Assembly (NCBI GenBank): GCA_038224985.1
Contig: JBBRFD010000004.1
Coordinates: forward strand, 3,689 to 67,688
Source of the DNA: Reyranellales bacterium
GTDB lineage: Bacteria > Pseudomonadota > Alphaproteobacteria > Reyranellales > Reyranellaceae
DNA: 64,000 nt
Direction of reading: 5' to 3'
The notes beneath the pieces are model-generated. The model saw nothing but the letters and a program-made list of their open reading frames with translations, made no database searches and was not told the DNA's origin. Positions 36,196-45,253 of this stretch are shown piece after piece. The translations under genes were made by a program, and so were the position numbers. Numbering within the stretch: the first letter of the stretch is position 1; each line of letters starts with the position of its first letter.

Positions 36196-39100
36196 ATGAC
36201 CGCCCTCGCGCTGGCTCACGGGCTCAGCCTCCCCGATCTTTACGACCGTGATGGCCTCGCCCGCCTCGACGCGGCTTTCATCGCCTGGCTGGAAGACGAG
36301 AATGCTGGCCTGCACGCGCTGCTGATGGGCGCCCGCTCCGCACCCGAGGCGCTGGCGGCCAAGGACGAGTCCAATCTGCTGATCGACCTCGCGCGTCCGC
36401 TAGAAGATTTTGTCGGCCAGCTGTTCGGCGTGTCGAAGCAGACGGCGGCCTTGCGCGCAGCGCATACGCATCTCGCCGTGCTCTACGACGCCAAGCGCCT
36501 GTTCGTGCAGCGCTATGCCACGCGCGCCATCAAGACAGACGCGGCGCAGGTGCTCGACGGCGCCACCATGACCGCCGAGGTCGCGCGCTGGGTCGATTTT
36601 TCCGCGACGACGCCGGCAACGCTGGAAGAGGCGGAAGTTGCCTTCGCCCGCGCGGTGCAGGGTGTGCTGGGCGTTGAATTCAAGGTTGGTGAGCCCTCGC
36701 CCGAAATCGAGGCGCTGACGCGTTACGCCGCCTGGGCGCTGTACCATCCCGAGGGCAAGGCGCGCCATCGCGACGGGCCGCTGTTCAAGGTGCCGCACAA
36801 ACTCGACTTCGAGCATCTCGTGCCAATCGAGACCGAAGTGGTCGATGGCGTGACAAAGATGAAGTTGCCGCGACCGCTGCTGCGCCATCGCGAGGGCTTT
36901 TCGCTTACTGATCAGGGCTTCGATCTGGTGCGCGCACTCGACCAGACGCACTACTGCATCTTCTGCCATCACCAGGGCAAGGACAGTTGCTCCCGGGGCC
37001 TCAAGGACCGCAAGACCGGTGCCTTCCAGAAATCGCTCTTCGGTGTGACTCTGGCGGGCTGCCCGCTTGAGCAAAAAATCTCGGAGATGAACCAGCTCAA
37101 GAGCGAGGGCTTCTCCATCGGCGCGCTGGCGATCGCTGCGATCGACAATCCGCTGCTGGCGGCGACCGGCCATCGTATCTGCAACGACTGCATGAAGGCC
37201 TGCATCTATCAAAAGCAGGAACCGGTCGACATCCCGCAGATCGAGACGCGCACCCTCAAGGATGTGCTTGGTCTGCCCTGGGGCTTCGAGATCTATTCGC
37301 TGCTGACGCGCTGGAACCCGCTCAACCTGCGCCGCCCGATCCCGCGTCCCTCGACCGGTCGCAGCGTGCTGGTGGTCGGCCTCGGCCCGGCGGGCTTCAA
37401 CCTTTCGCACCACCTGATGAACGACGGCCATACCGTGCTGGGCATCGACGGCCTCAAGATCGAGCCGCTGCCGGTCGCGCAGTCGGGTGTCACCACCGAT
37501 GGCACGCGAGCCGCCTTCGAGCCGGTGGCCGATGTCGAGGCGCTGCGCGAGGACCTGGGCGAGCGCGTGCTGGCGGGATTTGGCGGCGTCGCCGAATACG
37601 GCATCACCGTGCGCTGGGACAAGAACTATCTCAAGATCGTGCGCTTGCTACTGGAGCGGCGCGGGCAGTTCTCGATGTTTGGCGGCGTGCGCTTCGGCGG
37701 CACGGTGACGGTCGAGGGGGCCTTCGCCATGGGCTTCGACCATGTGGCGCTCTGCGCCGGCGCCGGTAAGCCCACCGTGCTCGACCTGCCGAACGGGTTG
37801 GCGCGCGGCGTGCGTGCGGCCTCGGACTTCCTGATGGCGCTGCAGCTCACGGGCGCGGCCAAGAAAGACTCCATCGCCAACCTGCAGATCCGCCTGCCGG
37901 TGATCGTGATTGGTGGCGGCCTGACCGCCATCGACACCGCAACCGAGTCGCTCGCTTATTATCCGCTGCAGGTGGAGAAATTCCTGGCGCGGCACGAGAC
38001 GCTGGTCGCCGAGCGCGGCGAAGCCGCCGTGCAGGCGGGCTGGAGCGACGAGGAACGCGAGGTCTCGGCCGAGTTCATCGCGCACGCCGAGGCGCTTCGC
38101 GCCGAGCGCAGCAAGGCCGCGAGCGAAGGCCGCGAGCCGGCGATCACCAGGTTGGTGAACGGATGGGGCGGCGTCACGCTGGTCTATCGCCGCCGCCTGA
38201 TCGATTCGCCCTCGTACACGCTCAATCACGAGGAAGTCTTCAAGGCGCTGGAAGAGGACATCCGCTTCGCCGAAGGCCTGTCGCCCATAGCCGTCGAGGT
38301 CGATGATCTGGGCCGCGCCAGGGCGCTGAAGGTGGCGGGCGAGCAGGGCGGCGCCAAGGTCGAGGCGACTCTGCCGGCACGTACGATCCTGGTGGCGGCA
38401 GGCACGCAGCCCAACACGGTGCTGGCGCGCGAGGACGCGACGCATGCCTTCATCGACGGCAAGTATTTCCGGGCTCTCGATGAGGACGGCAACATCGTCA
38501 CGCCTGAGCGCCTCTGCAAGCCGGCCGATGTGCGTGTGCTGATGTACCGCCATGTCGATGGCCGCTTCATGTCGTTCTTCGGCGACCTTCATCCGTCCTT
38601 CGCCGGCAACGTGGTAAAGGCGATGGGTGGCGCCAAGCAGGGCTATCCGGTGCTGACGCGCACCATGGAGAAGCTCGCGCCGCCGAAGCGTACGCCGGCC
38701 GAAATCCTGGCCGAGGCCAATCGCGACTGGCGCGCCCGCGTCGTGCGCGTCGATCGGCTGACGCCAACCATCATCGAGGTCGTGGTCGAGGCGCCGGCGG
38801 CGGCGCGCAACTTCGAGCCCGGCCAGTTCTATCGGCTGCAGAACTACGAGGCGCATTCGCAGAAGGTTGACGGCACGCTGCTGACCATGGAGGGCCTTGC
38901 ATTGACGGGCGCCTGGGTCGACAAGGACAAGGGCCTGCTGTCGATGATCACGCTGGAGATGGGCGGCTCGTCGGACCTTTGCGCGCAGCTCAAGCCGGGC
39001 GAGCCGGTGATCGTCATGGGCCCGACGGGTACTCCGACCGAGATCGAGCCGGGTGAGACCGTGGTGCTGGTGGGTGGTGGCCTCGGCAACGCGGTGCTGT

Positions 39101-39696
39101 TCTCGATCGGTCAAGCTTTCCGCAAGGTCGGCAGCAAGGTGCTGTACTTCGCCGGCTACAAGAAAGTCATCGACCGCTACAAGATCGGGGAGATCGAAGC
39201 CGCCGCCGATGTCGTCGTCTGGTGCTGCGACGAGGCGCCGGGCTTCACGGCCAACCGCCCGCAGGACAAATCGCTGGTCGGCAATATCGTCGAGGCAATG
39301 CGCCAGTACGCGTCAGGCGAACTGGGCGAGCAGCCGATCCCCTACAGCAATGCCGATCGTATCGTGGCCATCGGCTCGGACGGCATGATGAACGCCGTGC
39401 GTCTGGCGCGTCAGGCCGTGCTCAAACCCTTCCTCAAGCCCGAGCACAAGGCCTTCGGCTCGATCAACTCCCCCATGCAATGCATGATGAAGGAGATCTG
39501 CGCCCAGTGCCTGCAGCTCCATAGGGATCCGGTGACGGGCAAGGAGACCGTGGTGTTCTCCTGCTTTAACCAGGATCAGGAGCTCGACCGCGTCGACTTT
39601 TCAAATCTGCGCCAGCGTCTGCGTCAGAATGGCGTGCAGGAACGCATCGCCGCGCAGTGGATCGACCGCTCCCTGAAGAAGCTCGGCGTTCGTTAA
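36196..39696 (+). CDS. Large FAD/Fe-S oxidoreductase: GltD/NfnB-like part fused to PyrK/NfnA-like part
   Basis: CIFCHHQGKDSC...GCP...ICNDCMKAC; VVGLGPAG; IGGGLTAID; YRR; then PGQFYRL, MGPTG, VGGGLG, SPMQCMMKEICAQC...FSC. Confidence 0.8.
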   Translation: MTALALAHGLSLPDLYDRDGLARLDAAFIAWLEDENAGLHALLMGARSAPEALAAKDESNLLIDLARPLEDFVGQLFGVSKQTAALRAAHTHLAVLYDAKRLFVQRYATRAIKTDAAQVLDGATMTAEVARWVDFSATTPATLEEAEVAFARAVQGVLGVEFKVGEPSPEIEALTRYAAWALYHPEGKARHRDGPLFKVPHKLDFEHLVPIETEVVDGVTKMKLPRPLLRHREGFSLTDQGFDLVRALDQTHYCIFCHHQGKDSCSRGLKDRKTGAFQKSLFGVTLAGCPLEQKISEMNQLKSEGFSIGALAIAAIDNPLLAATGHRICNDCMKACIYQKQEPVDIPQIETRTLKDVLGLPWGFEIYSLLTRWNPLNLRRPIPRPSTGRSVLVVGLGPAGFNLSHHLMNDGHTVLGIDGLKIEPLPVAQSGVTTDGTRAAFEPVADVEALREDLGERVLAGFGGVAEYGITVRWDKNYLKIVRLLLERRGQFSMFGGVRFGGTVTVEGAFAMGFDHVALCAGAGKPTVLDLPNGLARGVRAASDFLMALQLTGAAKKDSIANLQIRLPVIVIGGGLTAIDTATESLAYYPLQVEKFLARHETLVAERGEAAVQAGWSDEEREVSAEFIAHAEALRAERSKAASEGREPAITRLVNGWGGVTLVYRRRLIDSPSYTLNHEEVFKALEEDIRFAEGLSPIAVEVDDLGRARALKVAGEQGGAKVEATLPARTILVAAGTQPNTVLAREDATHAFIDGKYFRALDEDGNIVTPERLCKPADVRVLMYRHVDGRFMSFFGDLHPSFAGNVVKAMGGAKQGYPVLTRTMEKLAPPKRTPAEILAEANRDWRARVVRVDRLTPTIIEVVVEAPAAARNFEPGQFYRLQNYEAHSQKVDGTLLTMEGLALTGAWVDKDKGLLSMITLEMGGSSDLCAQLKPGEPVIVMGPTGTPTEIEPGETVVLVGGGLGNAVLFSIGQAFRKVGSKVLYFAGYKKVIDRYKIGEIEAAADVVVWCCDEAPGFTANRPQDKSLVGNIVEAMRQYASGELGEQPIPYSNADRIVAIGSDGMMNAVRLARQAVLKPFLKPEHKAFGSINSPMQCMMKEICAQCLQLHRDPVTGKETVVFSCFNQDQELDRVDFSNLRQRLRQNGVQERIAAQWIDRSLKKLGVR

Positions 39697-41063
39697 GCCG
39701 CTGCAGTCGCCGCCAACCGCGGCGCCCGCGCGCGCCACGGGCTGATCAGCAGCGGGACGATGATGATGGCGCCGAAGCAGATCATGCCCACGGCGATGGC
39801 GCAGTAGACGCCGGTCAGTCCCCAGCCCAGCAGCTCGATGGCGATCCAGCCGCCGGAGGTCGCCACGATCAGGCGTGTGATGCCAGCGGCGAAGGGCGCC
39901 GCCATGCGGCCCGCGCCCTGGCTGGCGAAGCTCAGCGTCATGCCGACGCCGAACAGGCAATAGAAAGGCGCCACGCGCGTGATGTAGCCGACGGTGGCTT
40001 CGATGACGGCGGGGTCCGAGGTGAAGAGCCGCGCCCAGCCTTCCGGCACCAGCGCTACGATCCAGCCGAACAATCCGATCACGCCGCCCGAGATCAGGCT
40101 GCCGATCCAGGCAACGCGCACGGCGCGCTGCCAGTCGTTGGCGCCGGCGGCGACGCCGACCAGGACCGTGAGGCCGGAGCCGATGCCGAATGCCAGCGGC
40201 ACCAGCATGAACTCAAGCCGCACGCCGATGCCGTAGCCGGCGAGGGCGGCAATGCCGAAGCGGCCGACGTAGCCCGTCACCATCATCGCCGTGAGGTTGG
40301 CGGTCAGCGCCGAGAAGGAGGAAATCAGGCCAACGCGGAGGATCTCCCAGAAGAGGCGGCGCTGGAAGGGTGCGTTCAGCGCCGGCACGAAGCCCAGCTT
40401 GCCGCGCCACAGCGCGCGTGCCTGCAGCAGCGCCGATACAAGCGAGGTCACCAGCGCGGAGATGGCGGGGCCGGCCATGCCGATGCCTTCCCAGTTGCCG
40501 ACGCCGAGCGCGAGCACGCCCGAGAGCGGGATCTGCGCCAATGAGGACAACAGCATGTAGCGGCCGGGCGTCGCGGCGTCGCCGCCGCCACGCATCACGG
40601 CGGAGAGGACGAAGTTGGCCCAGACCGCGACCGAGCCCGTGAAATAGACGAGGCTGTATTCCTGTGCCGCCGCCAGCGCGCGGCCGCTGCCGCCGAGCAG
40701 CCGGTAAAGCGCCGGCGCCATTGTCCAGGCGAAGGCGGTGAAGACCAGCGAGAAGGTGGCGCCGATGACCAGCGCATGCAGCACCAGCTTGCTGGCATCC
40801 TCGCGCCGTCCGGCGCCCAGGGCGCGCGCCGTCGCCGCAGCGACGCCGCCGCCGATGCCGCCGCCGGACATCATGGTCATCATCATCATGAGCGGAAAGA
40901 CCAGTGCGAAGCCTGCCAGTGCATCGGTGCCGAGGCGGCCGAAGAAATACGTCTCCGCCATCGAGACGAAGGTCTGCGCCACCATCACCATCGTGGTGGG
41001 ACCGGCCAGCTTCAGCAGGCTCTTGCCGATCGGTGCGGTAAGCAGGGGATGGGCCAAGCGCAT
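39693..41063 (-). CDS. MATE family efflux transporter
   Basis: About 12 TM; LGTDALAGFALVFP, VARALGAG-like motif, RGGGD, LAGYGIGVRLEF. Confidence 0.9.
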   Translation of the reverse strand: MRLAHPLLTAPIGKSLLKLAGPTTMVMVAQTFVSMAETYFFGRLGTDALAGFALVFPLMMMMTMMSGGGIGGGVAAATARALGAGRREDASKLVLHALVIGATFSLVFTAFAWTMAPALYRLLGGSGRALAAAQEYSLVYFTGSVAVWANFVLSAVMRGGGDAATPGRYMLLSSLAQIPLSGVLALGVGNWEGIGMAGPAISALVTSLVSALLQARALWRGKLGFVPALNAPFQRRLFWEILRVGLISSFSALTANLTAMMVTGYVGRFGIAALAGYGIGVRLEFMLVPLAFGIGSGLTVLVGVAAGANDWQRAVRVAWIGSLISGGVIGLFGWIVALVPEGWARLFTSDPAVIEATVGYITRVAPFYCLFGVGMTLSFASQGAGRMAAPFAAGITRLIVATSGGWIAIELLGWGLTGVYCAIAVGMICFGAIIIVPLLISPWRARAPRLAATAAA

Positions 41064-41148
41064 ACTCCAGAAAGGTGCAGGTACACCTAATCATGGCGCG
41101 GCGGCCTGTCACCTGACAAAACCCGCCGGTTCGCATTAGCTTCCTCGG

Positions 41149-41445
41149 ATGGAAACCAAAGACCGGCCCCTGGCCAAGCCGACCCTGCAGCTCGAGAACG
41201 ACCGGGTCATCGTCACCGAATGGCGCTTCTCGCCGGGGAGCCACACCGGTTGGCACACCCATATGCACGACTATGTCGTGGTCCCGGTCACCACCGGCGA
41301 ATTGCACATCGAGGACGGCAAAACGACCGTCCCGGCCCCCCTGCGCGCCGGGGTGTCCTACAGCCGCCAGAAGGGCGTCCAGCACGACGTCCTCAACCTC
41401 AACGACCACGAATTCGTCTTCGTTGAAATCGAGCTCAAGGCCTGA
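41149..41445 (+). CDS. Cupin domain protein
   Basis: VTEWRFSPGSHTGWHTHMHDYVVVP...GVQHDVLN...FVEIELK. Confidence 0.88.
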   Translation: METKDRPLAKPTLQLENDRVIVTEWRFSPGSHTGWHTHMHDYVVVPVTTGELHIEDGKTTVPAPLRAGVSYSRQKGVQHDVLNLNDHEFVFVEIELKA

Positions 41446-41458
41446 AAAACGGGCCACA

Positions 41459-41487
41459 TTGACTCAAGGGGCCTCAAGCCCCATATC
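41459..41487 (+). promoter_or_regulatory. Putative sigma70-type promoter of the DEAD-box helicase
   Basis: TTGACT-N17-CATATC, about 90 nt upstream of the ATG. Confidence 0.55.
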
Positions 41488-41578
41488 AGGCCCGCCAGCG
41501 GTCCGGCCCGATTTGAGAGAGCCTTACGGGACCGCCCCCGAAGTCCAGCCGGTTAGCGGACTAACCCACGGAAACTAA

Positions 41579-43249
41579 ATGAGTTTTGAGAGTTTGGGGC
41601 TCAGCGCCCCGGTACTGCAGGCGATCACCGAAAAGGGCTACACCGAGCCCACGCTGATCCAAGAAAAAGCCATCCCCATCGTCCTGATGGGCCGCGACGT
41701 CCTCGGATGCGCCCAGACCGGCACTGGTAAAACCGCCTCCTTCGTCCTCCCCATGATCGATATCCTGTCGGAGGGCCGCGCCAAGTCGCGCATGCCGCGT
41801 TCGCTCATCCTCGAGCCGACGCGCGAACTGGCCGCCCAGGTGGCCGAAAACTTCGAGATCTACGGCAAGTATCACAAGCTCAACATGGCGCTGCTGATTG
41901 GCGGCGTGAGCTTCCCCGATCAGGAACGCGCCCTGGAAAAGGGCGTCGACGTCCTGATCGCCACGCCCGGCCGGTTGCTCGATCATTTCGAGCGCGGCGG
42001 CATCCTGCTGAACGACGTCAAGATCCTGGTGATCGACGAAGCCGACCGCATGCTCGACATGGGCTTCATCCCCGATGTCGAACGCATCGTCTCCACCCTG
42101 CCGAAGCTGCGCCAGACCCTGTTCTTCTCGGCCACAATGCCGCCGGAGATCAAGCGCCTGGCCGACCGTTTCCTGAGCAATCCCAAGGAAGTCACCGTCT
42201 CGCCGCCGGCCAGCGCCAATACCAACGTGGTGCAGGGCCTGGTCGTGGTGAACGAGGACCAGAAGCGCGATGCACTCCTGGCCCTGATCAAGAGCCAGGA
42301 AGTTAAGAACGCCATCGTCTTCTGCAACCGCAAGCGCGACGTGGCGACGCTGCATACCGCGCTGAAGAAGCACGGCATCAACGCCGGCGCGCTGCATGGC
42401 GACATGACCCAGCCGGCGCGCATGGAAACGCTCGAGCGCTTCAAGGCGGGAGACATCCAGATCCTCGTCGCCTCCGACGTCGCCGCGCGCGGCCTCGACA
42501 TCGTCGATATGAGCCACGTCTTCAATTACGACGTGCCTTTCTCGCCGGAAGACTACGTGCATCGCATCGGCCGTACCGGCCGCGCCGGCCGCACCGGTCA
42601 CTCCTTCACGCTCGCGGTTCCGGCCGAGGGCGGTTTGATCGAGGCGATCGAGAAGCTGATCACCACCACCATTCCCCGCATCGAAGTCCCCGGTCTTGAA
42701 GGCGCCGCCCTCGAAGCCGGCGACGGCCGTCGCCGGGGACGGGGCGGTCGCGGTGGCCGGTCTGGCGGCAGCGCTCGCAGCGGTGCTGCTCCGGAGCGGG
42801 CTCGTGGCCCGCGCCGCGAACCGCGTGAGCCCCGCGAACCCCGCGAACATCGTGAGCCGCGCCCGGATCCGGCGCAGGTCGAACAGCCGCCGGTCGACCA
42901 GGTCGCGCAGCCCGTGGAAGCACCGGCAGCCATTGCCGAAGCGCCGCGCGAACCGCAGGCGGAACGGCCTCATCGCGGGCGCCGTCCCGAGCGGGAGCGT
43001 GCGCCGCGTGATCATGCTCCGCGTGACCATGCCCCGCGCGAGCCGCGTGCCGAGCGTTCGGCGCAGCCGCCCCGAGAGCGTGGCGGTGAACGTACTGGCG
43101 AACGTGGCGGTGAGCGCAATCAGGAGCGTCGCCCGGAACGCAACCAGGATCGCCGCAACGAGCCGCGCCGCGACCGCGACGACGGCGCCCCGGCGCCGAA
43201 GGGTCTCGGCGACCATGTGCCGGCCTTCCTCGCAAAACCGACGCGATAA
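41579..43249 (+). CDS. DEAD-box RNA helicase with long charged disordered C-terminal tail
   Basis: Q motif, AQTGTGKT, PTRELA, TPGRL, DEAD, SAT, ARGLD, HRIGRTGR. Confidence 0.95.
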   Translation: MSFESLGLSAPVLQAITEKGYTEPTLIQEKAIPIVLMGRDVLGCAQTGTGKTASFVLPMIDILSEGRAKSRMPRSLILEPTRELAAQVAENFEIYGKYHKLNMALLIGGVSFPDQERALEKGVDVLIATPGRLLDHFERGGILLNDVKILVIDEADRMLDMGFIPDVERIVSTLPKLRQTLFFSATMPPEIKRLADRFLSNPKEVTVSPPASANTNVVQGLVVVNEDQKRDALLALIKSQEVKNAIVFCNRKRDVATLHTALKKHGINAGALHGDMTQPARMETLERFKAGDIQILVASDVAARGLDIVDMSHVFNYDVPFSPEDYVHRIGRTGRAGRTGHSFTLAVPAEGGLIEAIEKLITTTIPRIEVPGLEGAALEAGDGRRRGRGGRGGRSGGSARSGAAPERARGPRREPREPREPREHREPRPDPAQVEQPPVDQVAQPVEAPAAIAEAPREPQAERPHRGRRPERERAPRDHAPRDHAPREPRAERSAQPPRERGGERTGERGGERNQERRPERNQDRRNEPRRDRDDGAPAPKGLGDHVPAFLAKPTR

Positions 43250-43489
43250 ATGCAGACGATCTTCGTCATGGTGAAGTGCGAGCTCGGCAAGGCCTATGAG
43301 GTTGCCGAGAACGCCGTGAATGTCGAGCAGGTCTCGGAAGTCCACTCGACCTCCGGCCAGTACGACCTCCTGATGAAGTGCTACCTCGACGACAAGACCG
43401 ACATCGGCCATTTCGTCACCAGCAAGGTCCAGACCTTGCCCGGCGTGAAGGACACCTTCACTCTCATCACCTTCAAGGCTTTTACCTGA
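43250..43489 (+). CDS. Stand-alone Lrp/AsnC ligand-binding (RAM) domain protein
   Basis: FVMVKCELGKAYEVA...SEVHSTSGQYDLLMK...PGVKDTFT; no HTH. Confidence 0.85.
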   Translation: MQTIFVMVKCELGKAYEVAENAVNVEQVSEVHSTSGQYDLLMKCYLDDKTDIGHFVTSKVQTLPGVKDTFTLITFKAFT

Positions 43490-43511
43490 AGGCCGGCCCG
43501 GAAATGCGTCG

Positions 43512-44645
43512 GTGATTTCCGCTCCTCGCCAGCATCTGCCGCGGGGTGAGGATTTTCTGCTCTATCCGCCCTCGATCCAGCCCTACGCCTATCGCATCGT
43601 CGACAGGCTGTTCGCTCATCGCGTGATCCGGCGCGGCCCTGACGCGCGCGAGTTGCCGCGCGGCGACGAGATCGCGCCGCGCTATCTCATCGATGGTGCG
43701 GAGCATGACGTCGCGTCCTTCATGGACCGCAACGCCATCGTCGGCCTGCTGGCGATCCGCCACGGCAAGGTCGTGCTGGAACGCTATGGCCTCGGCCTGC
43801 AGGAGAACGACCGCTGGTCGACCATGTCGACGGTGAAGTCGATGACGGCGATGCTGGTGGGTGCTGCCGTCAAGGATGGCGCCATTGCCTCGATCGACGA
43901 TGCGCTGACGCGCTACCTGCCGGCCCTGCGTAACTCGGCTTACGAAGGCGTGACGCTGCGTCATGTCATGACAATGTCCTCCGGCACGCGCTGGATAGAG
44001 GATTACAGCGACCGCAGTTCCGACGTGAACCGCTACAGCAAATCGTTGGCCGACAAGGTGCCGGGCGGCGTGCTGAAGCTGATGGCGTCGCTGCCGCGTG
44101 CCCATCCGCCGGGCAGCACCTTTCTCTACAATTCCGGCGACACATATCTCCTCGGTGCCGCCCTGACGCGCGCCATCGGCAAGCCGCTGGCCGACTACAT
44201 GTCGGAGAAGATCTGGCAGCCGGCCGGCATGGAATGCGACGCCTTCTATACGCTGGAGAGCGAGGGTGGACAGGAGATCGGCGGTAGCCGCGCCGGCATG
44301 GCGCTGCGCGACTTCGGCCGCTTCGGTCTCTTCGTTGCCAAAGACGGCGTGATCGACGGCAAGCGCGTGCTGCCGGAGGGCTGGGTCGAGGCCGCCGCGA
44401 CGCCGGCCTTCACGCTCGCGATCCCGCCCGTCAGCGACATCACCCATTACGGCTACAGCTGGTGGCTGGGCAAGGGCGTGATGGCGGCACTGGGCCATGC
44501 CGGCCAGCGCATCGATGTTTTTCGCGACGAAGGTCTGGTGATGGTCACGCTTGGTGCTTTCCCCGAACCCGCTTACGCCTATGCCGGTGAGCACAATCGC
44601 CGCAACGAGGTTGCCGTCTTCACGCGTGCGGTGCGGGCGGCGTGA
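43512..44645 (+). CDS. Serine hydrolase, beta-lactamase fold (NylB-like)
   Basis: SxxK (STVK), VTLRHVMTMSSG, FLYNS, YGYSWW, ALGHAGQ. Confidence 0.88.
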   Translation: MISAPRQHLPRGEDFLLYPPSIQPYAYRIVDRLFAHRVIRRGPDARELPRGDEIAPRYLIDGAEHDVASFMDRNAIVGLLAIRHGKVVLERYGLGLQENDRWSTMSTVKSMTAMLVGAAVKDGAIASIDDALTRYLPALRNSAYEGVTLRHVMTMSSGTRWIEDYSDRSSDVNRYSKSLADKVPGGVLKLMASLPRAHPPGSTFLYNSGDTYLLGAALTRAIGKPLADYMSEKIWQPAGMECDAFYTLESEGGQEIGGSRAGMALRDFGRFGLFVAKDGVIDGKRVLPEGWVEAAATPAFTLAIPPVSDITHYGYSWWLGKGVMAALGHAGQRIDVFRDEGLVMVTLGAFPEPAYAYAGEHNRRNEVAVFTRAVRAA

Positions 44646-45253
44646 AGGGCGGCGGCGCGTCGCTTGCGCTCTGGGTCGATATCGATCCGGCCGACGATGC
44701 GGAATTCGAGCACTGGCACAGCTGCGAGCACGCCGAGGAACGCGTGAGTTGCCCCGGTTGGCTGCGTGGCAGCCGCTTCAAGGGCGTCGAGACTCCTGGC
44801 CGCTATCTGTTGTTCTACGACGCCGAGACAACGGCGGCCTTCGAGAGCGATGTCTATTACGCCCGCCTGCGCAATCCGACGCCGATGAGCCGGTCGATCT
44901 TCCCGAAGTTCCGCAAGACCTGGCGTACCGTCTGCTTGCTCGAGAAGCGTTGGGGCATGGGCATTGGCGCCGCGGTGCTGACCCTGCGCCTTGGCAAGAA
45001 CGAGACGGCTCCGTTCGATGCAATCGTCGAGACGAAGCCTGCGCGAGTTGACCTGCTTGCCGGTCAACCCGGTGTCGGACAAGCCCACACCACGGAAAAA
45101 GATCTACGCGCCGGCACCGACCGTCAGATCGAGCGCGCGTTGCTCGCTTTCTACTGGTCGGTGGCGGACGCAGAAACGGCGCGTGCTGTACACGCGCCGT
45201 CGGCGGAAGTCTTTGGCCTTCGACACACGCTGTCGAAGAGCGATTTCGGCTAG
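44642..45253 (+). CDS. Hypothetical protein, EthD/dimeric alpha-beta-barrel-like
   Basis: WVDIDP..DAEFEHWH..EH.EERV..PGWLRG.RF; overlaps the upstream stop (GTGA). Confidence 0.6.
   Translation: MKGGGASLALWVDIDPADDAEFEHWHSCEHAEERVSCPGWLRGSRFKGVETPGRYLLFYDAETTAAFESDVYYARLRNPTPMSRSIFPKFRKTWRTVCLLEKRWGMGIGAAVLTLRLGKNETAPFDAIVETKPARVDLLAGQPGVGQAHTTEKDLRAGTDRQIERALLAFYWSVADAETARAVHAPSAEVFGLRHTLSKSDFG

Noticed and set aside
42800-43170. Short tandem nucleotide repeats as a possible CRISPR or VNTR
   Set aside because: Degenerate, in-frame and coding for the helicase low-complexity tail; no repeat-spacer structure and no cas genes.
41561-43411. 616 aa minus-strand ORF
   Set aside because: Antisense to the clear DEAD-box helicase.
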